In this document: piece by piece, positions 8,272 through 18,288 of the stretch
Layout of the letters: every line of letters starts with the position of its first letter
Numbering within the stretch: position 1 is the first letter of the stretch
Assembly (NCBI GenBank): GCA_038245785.1
Contig: JBBRSB010000035.1
Span: forward strand, 1 to 49,797
DNA: 49,797 nt
Reading direction: 5' to 3'
Origin: Gloeobacterales cyanobacterium
Lineage (GTDB): Bacteria > Cyanobacteriota > Cyanobacteriia > Gloeobacterales > PMM-0068
Position numbers and translations under genes: made by a program
Notes under the pieces: generated by a model
The model's input: the letters and a program-made list of their open reading frames with translations, nothing else
Told to the model about the DNA's origin: nothing
Database searches by the model: none

Positions 8272-9477
8272 ATGGTGGAGACCGCAGATATTGTCGTGGT
8301 AGGCGGAGGTGTTATCGGCACTTCCATTGCTCTACATCTGGCTGAGCAGAAAGCGGGAAAAATCCTGCTGCTAGAGAAAAAAGAATTAGCGAACGGTGCC
8401 TCAGGAAAAGGGATTGGCATTATTCGGACCCATTACACCCATCCCGTTCTGGCAGCACTTGCCAAGCAATCTCTGGCTATTTTTCATCAGTTTAAAGAGC
8501 GATTTGGCGGTTATGAAAGTGGGTTTAACGCCTGTGGTTACTATGTTTTGGTGGGCGCAGAGGATGCCCAGACACTCAAGAACGTAGTCGCCATGCATCA
8601 GTCGCTGGGCATTAACGTGGGTCTCATCAGCCCTCAAGAAGTCAAAGCCCGTGTTCCTCCTCTAAATATTGATGACATTACAGCCGCTGCCTACGAGCCG
8701 GATTCTGGTTTTGGTAGCCCACCCAAAACAACCGTTGCCCTGGCTCAGCGTGCTCAGGACTTGGGAGTAGAAATTCGCACTCATACGCCTGTACTCGAAA
8801 TCAAATTGGGCCTGGCTGGTCAGGTGGAAGCGGTGGTCACGCCCCAAGGGACTATTGCTACGCATCGGGTAATTGATTGTGTAGGGCCTTGGGCCAGGAA
8901 GTTCTCAGAACATTTGGGCATCCCATTTCCCGTCACTCCTGTAGTGGAGCATGTGGTGGTGGTAGAGCGTCCCCCGGACTTTGGACCCGCCCATCCTGTC
9001 ATCTCCGACCTTGCCAATCTTTGCTACTGCCGCTCGGATCCCGACCAGTCCTACACCCGGATCGGCAATTCCAACCCGATGTATCATCGACAGTTTTCCT
9101 TAGCGGATGCCGATGATTTTCAAGGACAAATGTTTTCTGGGATTGCAGCAGAACTCTATCAAAAACTAGGGCATCGTCTTCCTTTTCTCAAAGACGCATC
9201 CGTGGTCGAGCAATACTCTGGCATGTGGGGAATCACGCCAGACTATCAACCGATTCTCGACCACTTAAGCTATGTCCCTGGCTTATACTGTGCCGTCGGT
9301 TTCAGTGGTCACGGCTATAAATTGGGTCCGGTAATCGGTGACCTAATGAGCCGTTTTATCCTAGGGGAATCTAGTGAAGAGGTGGATGTGCTCAAACTCT
9401 TTCGGCTTGCTCGTTTTGAAGAACAGGATTTAGTAAAGCCCCCCTTGACCTATGCTACGGCTGGGGGCTTGCGCTGA
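8272..9477 (+). CDS. FAD-dependent oxidoreductase, DAO/sarcosine oxidase beta-like
   Basis: VVVGGGVIG, GASG, TPDYQPI, GFSGHGYKLGP. Confidence 0.9.
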   Translation: MVETADIVVVGGGVIGTSIALHLAEQKAGKILLLEKKELANGASGKGIGIIRTHYTHPVLAALAKQSLAIFHQFKERFGGYESGFNACGYYVLVGAEDAQTLKNVVAMHQSLGINVGLISPQEVKARVPPLNIDDITAAAYEPDSGFGSPPKTTVALAQRAQDLGVEIRTHTPVLEIKLGLAGQVEAVVTPQGTIATHRVIDCVGPWARKFSEHLGIPFPVTPVVEHVVVVERPPDFGPAHPVISDLANLCYCRSDPDQSYTRIGNSNPMYHRQFSLADADDFQGQMFSGIAAELYQKLGHRLPFLKDASVVEQYSGMWGITPDYQPILDHLSYVPGLYCAVGFSGHGYKLGPVIGDLMSRFILGESSEEVDVLKLFRLARFEEQDLVKPPLTYATAGGLR

Positions 9478-9589
9478 AGAGAATACAAGACTGTCCGATC
9501 AGCTATTTCTCTGCGAATTAAGCACTGATTGGGCAAATGTATCCAAAATGACGATACAGGAATGATAAGGCATTTATACTCGGCCACAC

Positions 9590-9605
9590 AGTTGTAATAA
9601 CAACT
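9590..9605. promoter_or_regulatory. Putative GntR operator upstream of the porin
   Basis: AGTTGTAATAACAACT, same consensus as the sites at 7197 and 8162. Confidence 0.65.
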
Positions 9606-9715
9606 ATTAGCTCATATTAGGTCACAGGCTTTGGGGTTTGTGGCGGCAATAGAACTTGGGCTTTAGGGAATGCTAAAGACTGAGTGGTGTGGGCTGGAAT
9701 ATGTTCAAGTGAGGG

Positions 9716-11389
9716 ATGTTTGCTATGTGGAAATTTGTTTTTGGGGGCTTCCTGGCAGGGACGCTGAGCTTGGTATATGCAACGACTGTTTGGGCCGAAA
9801 GCGACTCAGCTACTCTTGAGCGCTATCTTCAAGAATCGGCAATCCAACAAGACACTTCTAAGCACAGTGCAGCTACCGTGGCTCAGGTCTCTTCGGTTTC
9901 TGAACTCAGCGACGTAGATCCAAATAGTTGGGCTTTTCAAGCCTTGAAATCTTTAGTGGAGCGCTATGGCTGTATTGAAGGCTATCCCAGCAAAAAGTAC
10001 TTAGGCAATCGCCCCCTCAGTCGCTATGAATTTGCCGCTGGTTTGAACGCTTGTCTCGATAAAGTCGGTGAACAAATTGCAGCTGCTACAGCCGACAAAG
10101 CGACCAAAGATGACTTGGCCGCTGTTCAGCGCTTACAAGAAGAATTTAAAGTTGAGTTGGCGACCCTCCGTGGCCGCGTTGACTCTCTAGAAGCCAAGAC
10201 TAAAGAATTAGAAGCACAACAATTTTCGACAACCACGAAGTTAGATGGTTCAGTGGTTATGGCGGTTCAGGGCGGCAGCGCGGGGGGGAATGTCTCTCCT
10301 GGTGGCGTTTTTGGTGGACCTTTTTTAGGAGCAGCCGGAACCCCTGGCAGTGCCGCCAATACCACCTTTGTCGGTCGCACAACCCTTAATCTACGGGCAA
10401 GTTTCACGGGCAAAGATGAATTGCTGATTCGTTTGCGGGGAGTGACCGGCGAAGATATTTCTGCCACGTTTCCGGGAATTGCTAATGCGGCAGGTACGCT
10501 CTTCTACGCAGGTGCTGGAGGCGTTTCCTTCGATGGCTCTACGAATAATTTAGCGACCAATGGCAATGCCACGGTTAGTTTTGATAAGGTCCGTTACACA
10601 ACCACGCTCTTTGGCGATAACTTCCGCGTTTATGTGGGACCGCGCATAGACAACTTTGAAATCATCGATACGAACTCTTTTGCGAACAATGAAGAAGTAG
10701 ATTTCTCGAATACCTTTTTAATCAATAATCCCTTGATCATTGATGCACTTCCCGCTGACCGTCTCGGAGCTGCCTTCCCTTTTATCTTCACAGGTCCTGG
10801 CACAGGCTTTGATTGGAAAGTTGGTGAACAGTTTAGCTTGCGGGCTATTTACATCGCGGGTCAGGGTGGATTATCCAATGGACTTGGACTCGGTGGCGTA
10901 ACAGGTTCTAATTCCCTGGGAAATGCTGAACTAGAATTCCGTCCTTCTGAGACTTCCAAGATTAAGCTCCAGTATGCTGGCTATACGCAGCAAATCGCAG
11001 CAAACACACCAACCAAGACGGATGCCTTTGGTGTAAACGCAGAATGGGCAATTACGCCTAATGTTGGTGTTTTTGGTCGCTACGGTGCCGGAACCGCTAA
11101 GTTTTTCACGCCTGGCATTGTAGATGCGAACTTGACCACTTGGCAGTTTGGGTTTTCTTTCCCTGGTCTATTTGCTCCCAGCAATACCTTAGGAATCAGC
11201 GCCGGTCAACCGACCAGAGCCACGAATTATGCCAGTGGAACAGAAATGAATTATGAGTTGTTTTACAACTTTAAGTTGAATGACCGTATGACCTTGACGC
11301 CTGATATTCAGATCATCAGTCAACCCGGAAATATTGCAGGCAACCCAACGATTACTATTGGTAGTTTGCGGGCAGTATTTAGCTTCTAG
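9716..11389 (+). CDS. Cyanobacterial SLH-domain outer membrane porin (SomA/OprB-like)
   Basis: Signal peptide, SVSELSDV..WAFQALKSLVERYGC, SRYEFAAGLNAC, QFSTTTKL, C-terminal Phe. Confidence 0.93.
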   Translation: MFAMWKFVFGGFLAGTLSLVYATTVWAESDSATLERYLQESAIQQDTSKHSAATVAQVSSVSELSDVDPNSWAFQALKSLVERYGCIEGYPSKKYLGNRPLSRYEFAAGLNACLDKVGEQIAAATADKATKDDLAAVQRLQEEFKVELATLRGRVDSLEAKTKELEAQQFSTTTKLDGSVVMAVQGGSAGGNVSPGGVFGGPFLGAAGTPGSAANTTFVGRTTLNLRASFTGKDELLIRLRGVTGEDISATFPGIANAAGTLFYAGAGGVSFDGSTNNLATNGNATVSFDKVRYTTTLFGDNFRVYVGPRIDNFEIIDTNSFANNEEVDFSNTFLINNPLIIDALPADRLGAAFPFIFTGPGTGFDWKVGEQFSLRAIYIAGQGGLSNGLGLGGVTGSNSLGNAELEFRPSETSKIKLQYAGYTQQIAANTPTKTDAFGVNAEWAITPNVGVFGRYGAGTAKFFTPGIVDANLTTWQFGFSFPGLFAPSNTLGISAGQPTRATNYASGTEMNYELFYNFKLNDRMTLTPDIQIISQPGNIAGNPTITIGSLRAVFSF

Positions 11390-13124
11390 AGTATTTCCTT
11401 TGTAAGAAATATACATAGTAGCCAGTATTGCCAATTTCTCGCCAACCCTTTGCCAAAGCATAGTTTGGTATCTTAAAGCCAGGCTTCTGTACGATAACCC
11501 TGGCTCCAGTCTTCTCTATCCTTTTGAGAACTTCGGCTTTAACAAGAGTACTTTTCTCCCAAAAGCTTTTTTCATCAAAGATCTCAACGATGATTTTGAC
11601 CCGTGCTAATCTAGCCCAATGATAATAAGGAGCAAAATAGTATCCAAGAATTGCAACTTTTTCTCCAGGCTGAACTCCTAACCTTTGCAAACTGTTAGCC
11701 ACCTGCCACTCAGTATATTGATTCTGTTCTTTAAGTAAAGTTTGTATATTTCTTAAACACTCTGAAGCAAACAACTGACTACCCATTAAAAATGAGGTAG
11801 CAATAGTCATGCCTGCTATTAATCTTTTCGTTTGTTGGGAATTAGGAAGACGCACACTTGAAAATACTCCAGCAAACAAGAGCACAACGAATGGAGCAAT
11901 ATACCTCATTGGCTTGAAAGCTCCAGACAAATCAATTACTAATAGGTAAATACCTAAACCCGTTACGGCTGGAATGAGTAATCTCCAATTTTCTTTTAAA
12001 TCTTTTACTGAAAGCCAATACCTGTTTTCCACGCAAATAAATATTAGATAAGTAAAGACTAAACCTGCAAGAAATTGATTGTAGAAAAAGGTAGCGTTAC
12101 CTACTAAAACTTTTATCTGTCTCTTTAGATTGAATTTGAGTTTAAGTCCCTCATACCAGTAGGATGGATCATGCCAAAGAGGGTAGGTAGCACCGGCAGA
12201 GGTTTCGAATGCAAGTGCTTTAGGATTATCAAAAATTTGTGCAGGGGGATGTTTGGGTGTCCCACTACCAGGTTCTTTTCCTTGCCAACCCCTATAAGGG
12301 AGAATCTCGCCGATTACTAACCATGCATAATTCAACTTTCCAGCATCGCCAAAGGTTAGGCGACCTTTGTCTATAGAAATTGCAGCAATAAAAGGAGTTA
12401 CTATAATTGTAAAAACCAGCAGCGAAGCTAATGTTCGCAATAGTGCTCTTCGCAGATTAATAACTGACGATATGCTGGTTACTAAAAAGACAAAGGCTAG
12501 CGGAAACATGATTGTTTTAGATAGATAACCAAATCCAAGAACTACTCCCAGGAGAATGAAGTTAAACCAACTTTCTGAGCGTGTGTGTATAAGCAGCACT
12601 AGTCCAGCAGCAAAGTATACAAATGCTGCAACCAACATATCTGGGCTATCACTAGCAACACCTATCCATTGCAGAGAAGACACAAGAAACAGTGTATAAC
12701 CTGATGTTACCCATACCCAGTTGGATATTTTAAAAGATCTGTTTGGAGAAACTGAGGCTATTTTTTTGTTGTAGTAGTAGATTAGTTCACGGAAAAAGAA
12801 ATCGAAGGCAACTAAAGTGAATAGATAAATGAGGAAATTGGTAAGTTTAACTATGGGAAACTCCCAATAGCTTGAAGGCTTTAAAACAGCTAAAGTCAAA
12901 CCTAACAGCCAGGAATAGAGAGGACTCCAATAAGCGTTGACAGCTACATTCCATTCGCCCCGTAAATAAGCATCTCCAATATCTAAGTAAGAAACGATAT
13001 CATCTGCATCTTGATAATAACGATAAGACCAAGCTTGAAGAGCGCCTAGCAGTATAGCTACCAACCAGAAAACAATCCTCAGTGAATATTTCTTGCCTTG
13101 ACGCACAGCAGTTTTTTGCAACAT
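11379..13124 (-). CDS. Polytopic membrane protein, probable GT-C/ArnT-like glycosyltransferase
   Basis: DDIVSYLD after TM1, YWSPLYS, SPDML, GYLSK, many TM segments; visibly AT-rich DNA; ATG 13124. Confidence 0.65.
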   Translation of the reverse strand: MLQKTAVRQGKKYSLRIVFWLVAILLGALQAWSYRYYQDADDIVSYLDIGDAYLRGEWNVAVNAYWSPLYSWLLGLTLAVLKPSSYWEFPIVKLTNFLIYLFTLVAFDFFFRELIYYYNKKIASVSPNRSFKISNWVWVTSGYTLFLVSSLQWIGVASDSPDMLVAAFVYFAAGLVLLIHTRSESWFNFILLGVVLGFGYLSKTIMFPLAFVFLVTSISSVINLRRALLRTLASLLVFTIIVTPFIAAISIDKGRLTFGDAGKLNYAWLVIGEILPYRGWQGKEPGSGTPKHPPAQIFDNPKALAFETSAGATYPLWHDPSYWYEGLKLKFNLKRQIKVLVGNATFFYNQFLAGLVFTYLIFICVENRYWLSVKDLKENWRLLIPAVTGLGIYLLVIDLSGAFKPMRYIAPFVVLLFAGVFSSVRLPNSQQTKRLIAGMTIATSFLMGSQLFASECLRNIQTLLKEQNQYTEWQVANSLQRLGVQPGEKVAILGYYFAPYYHWARLARVKIIVEIFDEKSFWEKSTLVKAEVLKRIEKTGARVIVQKPGFKIPNYALAKGWREIGNTGYYVYFLQRKYSRS

Positions 13125-13513
13125 ATTAATTCCAGTTAATTCCAGGATGGCTGTTCGCAAATTTTTAACTGTGTACTCCCGATCCGCGCAATCAAAGCAA
13201 TCAAAAGCAGCTCAGGATAATTGTTTGAGCAACATTTACTTCAAAAGCTGCGCGAACGCTATGCAGGGCAGGGGTACCAGGGGAGCGGGCGGGAACTTTT
13301 AGGACAGTTTGTCGACATTACGTAATAGGACAGTCAATAAGCGAATAAACCAGATGGGTGCCCTTGAAGGCTTTCCCATTGGAGAAGTTTCCGTCTCAGG
13401 CTGCGATGTTTTTCTCTAGACCAGTATACCTATTGGAAAATATGCTCTTGATGTACATCCGGGAAAAATTTTCTTAGTCCGTGAACTAATCAAAAGTACG
13501 CTGCAGGAGTTCT

Positions 13514-13939
13514 ATGATGGCTAAAAGCGTTTCTATCATTTCAGATACAAAAATTGAGCGAGAAGAGCTAATCAACCTCCTCCGTAAGATTAATATTATA
13601 GTGCCCTCTGTTAGCATAGATGTGAAATCTGAGGGGATTGAGTTTGGGAGTTTGCAAAGAGGAGAAAGCTGCGTCTGGCTATATCTATATGACCTGGAAG
13701 GCCTGTCCAGTCTAGCAGAGCAGCCTAAAAAGGGGATTAGAAGCCAACCACAAACTCATCTTATTGTTGAGTTGAATCCTGAAAAGGAAAGTGAAAGATT
13801 AGCGGCAGAATTTATCTATCTTTTTGGTGCACGTTGGCCTTTTAAGATAGACCACTGTGAGAATAATTTCTCTTCTATTCAAGAGGTGCAAAAATTATTT
13901 AGTCAAGAGCAGGCTAAGTTGCTTGTAGCTAGCAACTAA
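13514..13939 (+). CDS. Hypothetical protein
   Basis: 141-aa ORF with RBS AGGAG; no motif recognised. Confidence 0.65.
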   Translation: MMAKSVSIISDTKIEREELINLLRKINIIVPSVSIDVKSEGIEFGSLQRGESCVWLYLYDLEGLSSLAEQPKKGIRSQPQTHLIVELNPEKESERLAAEFIYLFGARWPFKIDHCENNFSSIQEVQKLFSQEQAKLLVASN

Positions 13940-14028
13940 GTGGCTACTCATCATTTCTTCTATGATTGCTATGGGGTGAGCGCGCGTGTGCATTGATCCC
14001 TGTATGTACCGTTTCTGCTAGGCGGGCT

Positions 14029-15195
14029 ATGGCCCTATGGATCACCAATATTCTGCTGGATGGAGCGCGGGGAAACCTCCGCTTAGATCAAGGGAGAATT
14101 ACTGATTTAGGCAAGCTTGCTGCCTCTTCAGAGAAACAACTGGATGGGGAAGGCTGCTGGCTGTTGCCAGGTCTGATTAATGCCCATGACCACCTTGCTC
14201 TTGACCTCTTGCCAAACTTAGGAAATCCTCCCTATGCCAACAGTGAAGATTGGGGAAAAGAGGTTTACCAGCCAGAACGTTCTCCTATCCGGGAAGTCTG
14301 GCAACTCAGTGAGCGCGAACGGCTGCTTTGGGGAGCTTATCGCAATTTGCTGGGTGGGGTGACGACCGTACAGCACCATGACCGGGCGCATTGGCAGCTA
14401 GGCTCCTTGCCTGTGCAAGTGCCTGCCTATCGTTGGTGCCATCGCCCTGGTAGTCAGCTCAAAGGTTGGTACGGTTGGGCTCAGGATGCGCCCTTTTTCA
14501 TCCATGCAGCCGAAGGAACCGATGAAGCTAGTTATGCCGAGGTCACTCAGTTACAGCAGCAGGGAAAACTAGGTCCGAAGACCGTTTTGATTCATGGCAT
14601 TGCCCTCAAGCCCAAAGACATTGAACGGCTGGCAACCACAGGCACGGGCCTTGTCTGGTGTCCCTCTAGTAATCAGTTCCTCTACAAGCAGACCGCTCCG
14701 ATCTATGCCCTACGAGAAGCGGGCGTTACGCTTGCCCTGGGAACGGATTCAACTGCCAGTGGTCCCGACACCTTGCTTGCAGAACTCCAGGCAGCGCGAG
14801 GACTCCTGCCTGACCAAGCATTGATGACCATGGTTACAACGAATGCCGCTCGTTTGCTAGGGGTTCCAGAACGGGGACAACTCAAAGTGGGAAGCCCTGC
14901 GGATCTGATCTTGATCCAGCGACCGGAGGCCAGCAGTGCAGCAGAAGCCCTCCTCACCTGTAGCCCACAAGATATTCGACTCGTCTTAGTTCGTGGAAGA
15001 CCTGCCTTGGTCCGGGCACCTTTCCTGGACGCTTTTCCCTCTGCCCGTCTGAGTGCAGTACGGGTCAATGGTGAATTAACCCTGCTCCAAGGTCCCATAG
15101 CCTCGCTGTTAAAACGGACTCGGACGCTATTGGGAGAAAGACTTTACTTTGGTCAACGGATTGAACCCGTATCCCCCAAGGGAGCGATAAAGTAG
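14029..15195 (+). CDS. Metal-dependent amidohydrolase/deaminase family protein
   Basis: PGLINAHDH, GGVTT, FIHAAEG, LIHG, WCPSSN, LGTDS, GSPADL; ATG 14029. Confidence 0.88.
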   Translation: MALWITNILLDGARGNLRLDQGRITDLGKLAASSEKQLDGEGCWLLPGLINAHDHLALDLLPNLGNPPYANSEDWGKEVYQPERSPIREVWQLSERERLLWGAYRNLLGGVTTVQHHDRAHWQLGSLPVQVPAYRWCHRPGSQLKGWYGWAQDAPFFIHAAEGTDEASYAEVTQLQQQGKLGPKTVLIHGIALKPKDIERLATTGTGLVWCPSSNQFLYKQTAPIYALREAGVTLALGTDSTASGPDTLLAELQAARGLLPDQALMTMVTTNAARLLGVPERGQLKVGSPADLILIQRPEASSAAEALLTCSPQDIRLVLVRGRPALVRAPFLDAFPSARLSAVRVNGELTLLQGPIASLLKRTRTLLGERLYFGQRIEPVSPKGAIK

Positions 15196-15214
15196 ACCAA
15201 GCCCCCCTGTTTTT

Positions 15215-16696
15215 TTGGAGCCGACCTTGTCCGACTTTGCCGAACTCCCAAAGCTCACGAAGCAGCTAAAACAGTCAGACCCAAGTTTGTCTAGTGAATT
15301 GCCTCAAGATGCTTTTCCCCTGCATAAACGGAAAGAAGCCCTTCTAAAAGGGCGAAGCAAAGTAGCCTATTTCTCGATCGACCCCCTTTGTCATGAGATG
15401 GCTAAAGAATTCTTCTCCGATCTGCAGAAGGCAGGGGCAAATCTGCAAAAGCCCACCGTCAGTTTATCCACTGCACCGAAAGCCCGTTTTGCTGAGCTAC
15501 CAAATTTCAAACCTATAAAAAGCCATAAAGAGCCCTCTACCCCTAGTTGGCCATTATTTCCTCCAGAGAAGGAGTTTCAGCGCTTACAGAAAGAACTGAA
15601 AACCATGACAACGTGCGAATCTATGGGGCGCAGCTCCATACAAGCAATCCGTGGCGATAGCGCTCCTTACCCACACCATCGGGTGGAAATTTTAAACTTA
15701 AAAGAGATATGTGAGCAAACATTGGACAGCCTGGAGCAGCGTTGTGTCGATGCAGACCTGATTGTGGTAGAGGCGAAGGAACTAAACGAGGCAGAACAAG
15801 TTAAAACGGTAGGAGAAACTAAGGTTAGCCTCATTGCCTTTGGGCGTTGGATCAAACAAATTCAGACTGCCTGGGACCGTCTGCACACCTTAGGAGTCCA
15901 AGAATTTGTCTTTATCACGGGCAATGCTGGGCAATCTGTCGCAGATGAAGAATCCAAAGAAACGGTTCAGGAATCTTCTGGACCTCAACCTGTAACGCAA
16001 ACGTCTCCCGGACTAACTACGCCCCAAGAGCGATCCAACCATGATCGCTATCAAATTGAAGCAGAAGCGAAACCGGAGATGTTGGGCTATAGCCGCCTGC
16101 AAATCAGAGTCAGAACTGATTTTGAAGGGCCTCCTAATCCTGCACTACAGATGATTCATGTTGCCCTGCGGGTACCAGAACGCCCTGATATTCAAGTCAC
16201 GATCAAAGACGCGCCCGGTGCCGTGATGAATAATCTGAACAAGCACCAACTGGCCATAGCGCTGAGCCAAGATTGGACAGAAGTTTTGTTTGACCTGCTT
16301 GGTCCAGAAGATGAACGGGTTCTAGTAGAGATCTATTTCCCAGAAGCCGAAGCAGAAACAAAATCTGCCATCCCGGAAGCGCATTTTAGAGCAGTGGGAG
16401 CTTTGCCCGACGCGCTCCAGGAAGCCGAGCCCCTAACAGCAAGCACTTCCTCCCCAGTCCCAATTCCCCAGAACAGTACCTGGCAAGATAGCTTTGAGGA
16501 TGAGAATATACGGACGGTCTTTATCCATTTACAGCGGCATGGTTCTGTTACTGAACATGAATTGACTCAATTTCTTGGCGGTGCCCGCAAAGCTCGGAGC
16601 TTCTCTTTAGCTTTTGAGGAATATCTGAAGAAAGTCCCTTTCTCTGTCAGGATTGAAACTACAGCCAGTGGAAAGCGCTACGTCAAAGAAACTTAA
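15215..16696 (+). CDS. Shortened, divergent BREX-6-type PglZ-like protein (catalytic motifs degenerate)
   Basis: YFSIDPLCHEMA, ARFAELP, LIVVEAKEL, AWDRL..GVQEFVFITGNAG and the C-terminal HGSVTE..LGGARKARSFS..VRIETTASGKRYVK recall BREX-6 PglZ; directly upstream of brxD; start codon uncertain. Confidence 0.6.
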   Translation: MEPTLSDFAELPKLTKQLKQSDPSLSSELPQDAFPLHKRKEALLKGRSKVAYFSIDPLCHEMAKEFFSDLQKAGANLQKPTVSLSTAPKARFAELPNFKPIKSHKEPSTPSWPLFPPEKEFQRLQKELKTMTTCESMGRSSIQAIRGDSAPYPHHRVEILNLKEICEQTLDSLEQRCVDADLIVVEAKELNEAEQVKTVGETKVSLIAFGRWIKQIQTAWDRLHTLGVQEFVFITGNAGQSVADEESKETVQESSGPQPVTQTSPGLTTPQERSNHDRYQIEAEAKPEMLGYSRLQIRVRTDFEGPPNPALQMIHVALRVPERPDIQVTIKDAPGAVMNNLNKHQLAIALSQDWTEVLFDLLGPEDERVLVEIYFPEAEAETKSAIPEAHFRAVGALPDALQEAEPLTASTSSPVPIPQNSTWQDSFEDENIRTVFIHLQRHGSVTEHELTQFLGGARKARSFSLAFEEYLKKVPFSVRIETTASGKRYVKET

Positions 16697-16709
16697 ATAA
16701 AAGAGAACT

Positions 16710-18029
16710 ATGACTATTAGTGCACGCGACATTGAACATGTTTTTGAGCGACTGCGTTCAGGAGTCGTCCCGGAAAGAGGATTAGAAACCTTTGCCGTCG
16801 GGATTGACCGTCAACGGACTGAGGTCCATCGCCAGTTGAACTTGGCAGCCGATGGGGAAGGCGTATTCAAGTTTCTTAGAGGCGGCTATGGCTGTGGAAA
16901 AACCTTCATGTCCCGTCTTGCTGTACTCGATGCCCAAGCCCAAGGATTTGCCACCAGTTTTGTCGTAGTTTCTGACAATGACCTGCATTTCTACAAGTTC
17001 GATGATGTCTATCGGAAAGTGGTTCAAGAATTGGGTACGAATTCCTGTCCTCGTGGAGCCTTAAGCGATATTCTCGACCGCTGGATTGCCAAGGTGGAAG
17101 ATGCCTTGATTGCGGGAGGGGCCGATGAGGCAAACGAAGATTTTGATCTGAAAGTGCAAGAGCGGATGGAGGCAGAACTAGCCTCTTTAACGGGTGGAAA
17201 AGCACCAGAGGATATGGCGCGCGTCTTAAGGGCCATTTTTGCCCTCAAGCAGAAAGGAGAAATGCCGGAAGCGAGTGCGCTGCTTTCCTGGCTATCGGGC
17301 AGTGAGAATGTGGCTGCAAACGCCAAGAAAATTGCGGGCATCAAAGGAGATATTGGCAGTCGTGAAGCATTGGACTATTTGCAGGGCATTCTCGAAATCG
17401 TGAAGGCTGCAGGCTACAAAGGCTTGGTCATCATCATTGATGAGGCAGAGACGATTCTGCGGATGCGGCACGATATGCGCGGGAAATCCTTGAATGGCAT
17501 TCGTCAGATCTGCGATGCGGCGGATCGGTTCCGTGGATTGCTCTGGGTCTTTACCGGAACGCCAGAATTTTTCGATACCAACCGTGGCGTATCAGGGTTA
17601 CAGCCGCTCCATGACCGGATCAAGTTTGATAACCAAGGGGGGTTTGTCAGTCCCCGCCAGCCGCAATTAGAACTCAAACCCTTCGATGGCAAGCGCTTGA
17701 AAGAAGTAGCGCTTAAGCTCCGAGATATTTATCCCACAGACAAAAAGTCACGATTGGGTAAGAAGATCACGGCTGACTTCATTGAACGCCTGGTCAACAA
17801 TGTCACCTCCGGCTTCAAGGGAGATGTGGGCGTAGTTCCTCGCCAATTCCTCCGCCAGTTTGTGAATGTTCTGGATCTTGCCAGCGAATACGAAGACTAT
17901 GATCCAATGACGGTAAAGGGCCTGGAACTTAAAGATTTGAACGAAGAAGAACTCCGTCTCCAGCAAGGAAAACCAAGCTATGAGCAAGAGCCAGAGGACA
18001 AAAAAGGATATGCCATGGTGGAGTTTTAA
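16710..18029 (+). CDS. brxD: BREX system ATP-binding protein BrxD (DUF2791 P-loop ATPase)
   Basis: ERLRSGVVPERGLETFAVG, Walker A GGYGCGKT, Walker B IIIDEAE, TGTPEFF, VVPRQFLR. Confidence 0.88.
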   Translation: MTISARDIEHVFERLRSGVVPERGLETFAVGIDRQRTEVHRQLNLAADGEGVFKFLRGGYGCGKTFMSRLAVLDAQAQGFATSFVVVSDNDLHFYKFDDVYRKVVQELGTNSCPRGALSDILDRWIAKVEDALIAGGADEANEDFDLKVQERMEAELASLTGGKAPEDMARVLRAIFALKQKGEMPEASALLSWLSGSENVAANAKKIAGIKGDIGSREALDYLQGILEIVKAAGYKGLVIIIDEAETILRMRHDMRGKSLNGIRQICDAADRFRGLLWVFTGTPEFFDTNRGVSGLQPLHDRIKFDNQGGFVSPRQPQLELKPFDGKRLKEVALKLRDIYPTDKKSRLGKKITADFIERLVNNVTSGFKGDVGVVPRQFLRQFVNVLDLASEYEDYDPMTVKGLELKDLNEEELRLQQGKPSYEQEPEDKKGYAMVEF

Positions 18030-18060
18030 GCCCCCGGCCCACGCATGAATAATGGTTTGC

Positions 18061-18213
18061 GTTAACCCGTTTACGGACGGCGGATTTAAATGCGTCAAAA
18101 TGGCCATCACGATCCCGTAGGGGCAAATCGCGATTTGCCCCTACGCCGTTTACATCGTTGTGGACATTGCCATTCATTTCCGGACCATCAATAATCACCA
18201 TAATGCCGTGAAA
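18061..18213 (-). pseudogene. Internal fragment of a REP-associated tyrosine transposase (RAYT/Y1)
   Basis: Minus frame reads FHGIMVIIDG...VGANRDLPLR...FKSAVRKRVN: the tail of the HUH motif, an in-frame REP and the FKS motif. Confidence 0.65.
18116..18145. repeat. GTAG-type REP, perfect 30-bp palindrome
   Basis: CGTAGGGGCAAATCG|CGATTTGCCCCTACG. Confidence 0.9.
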
Positions 18214-18288
18214 CGCAAAAACAGGGATGCCCCTTTACCCAATCCGTGGCTATATGCATCTGAAAAGCGCTGTAGTAGAGTTCTAAGC

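Noticed and set aside
18160..18288. 43-aa N-terminal extension of the helicase in the ORF track
   Set aside because: It overlaps the RAYT remnant; helicase-like sequence starts at ATG 18289.
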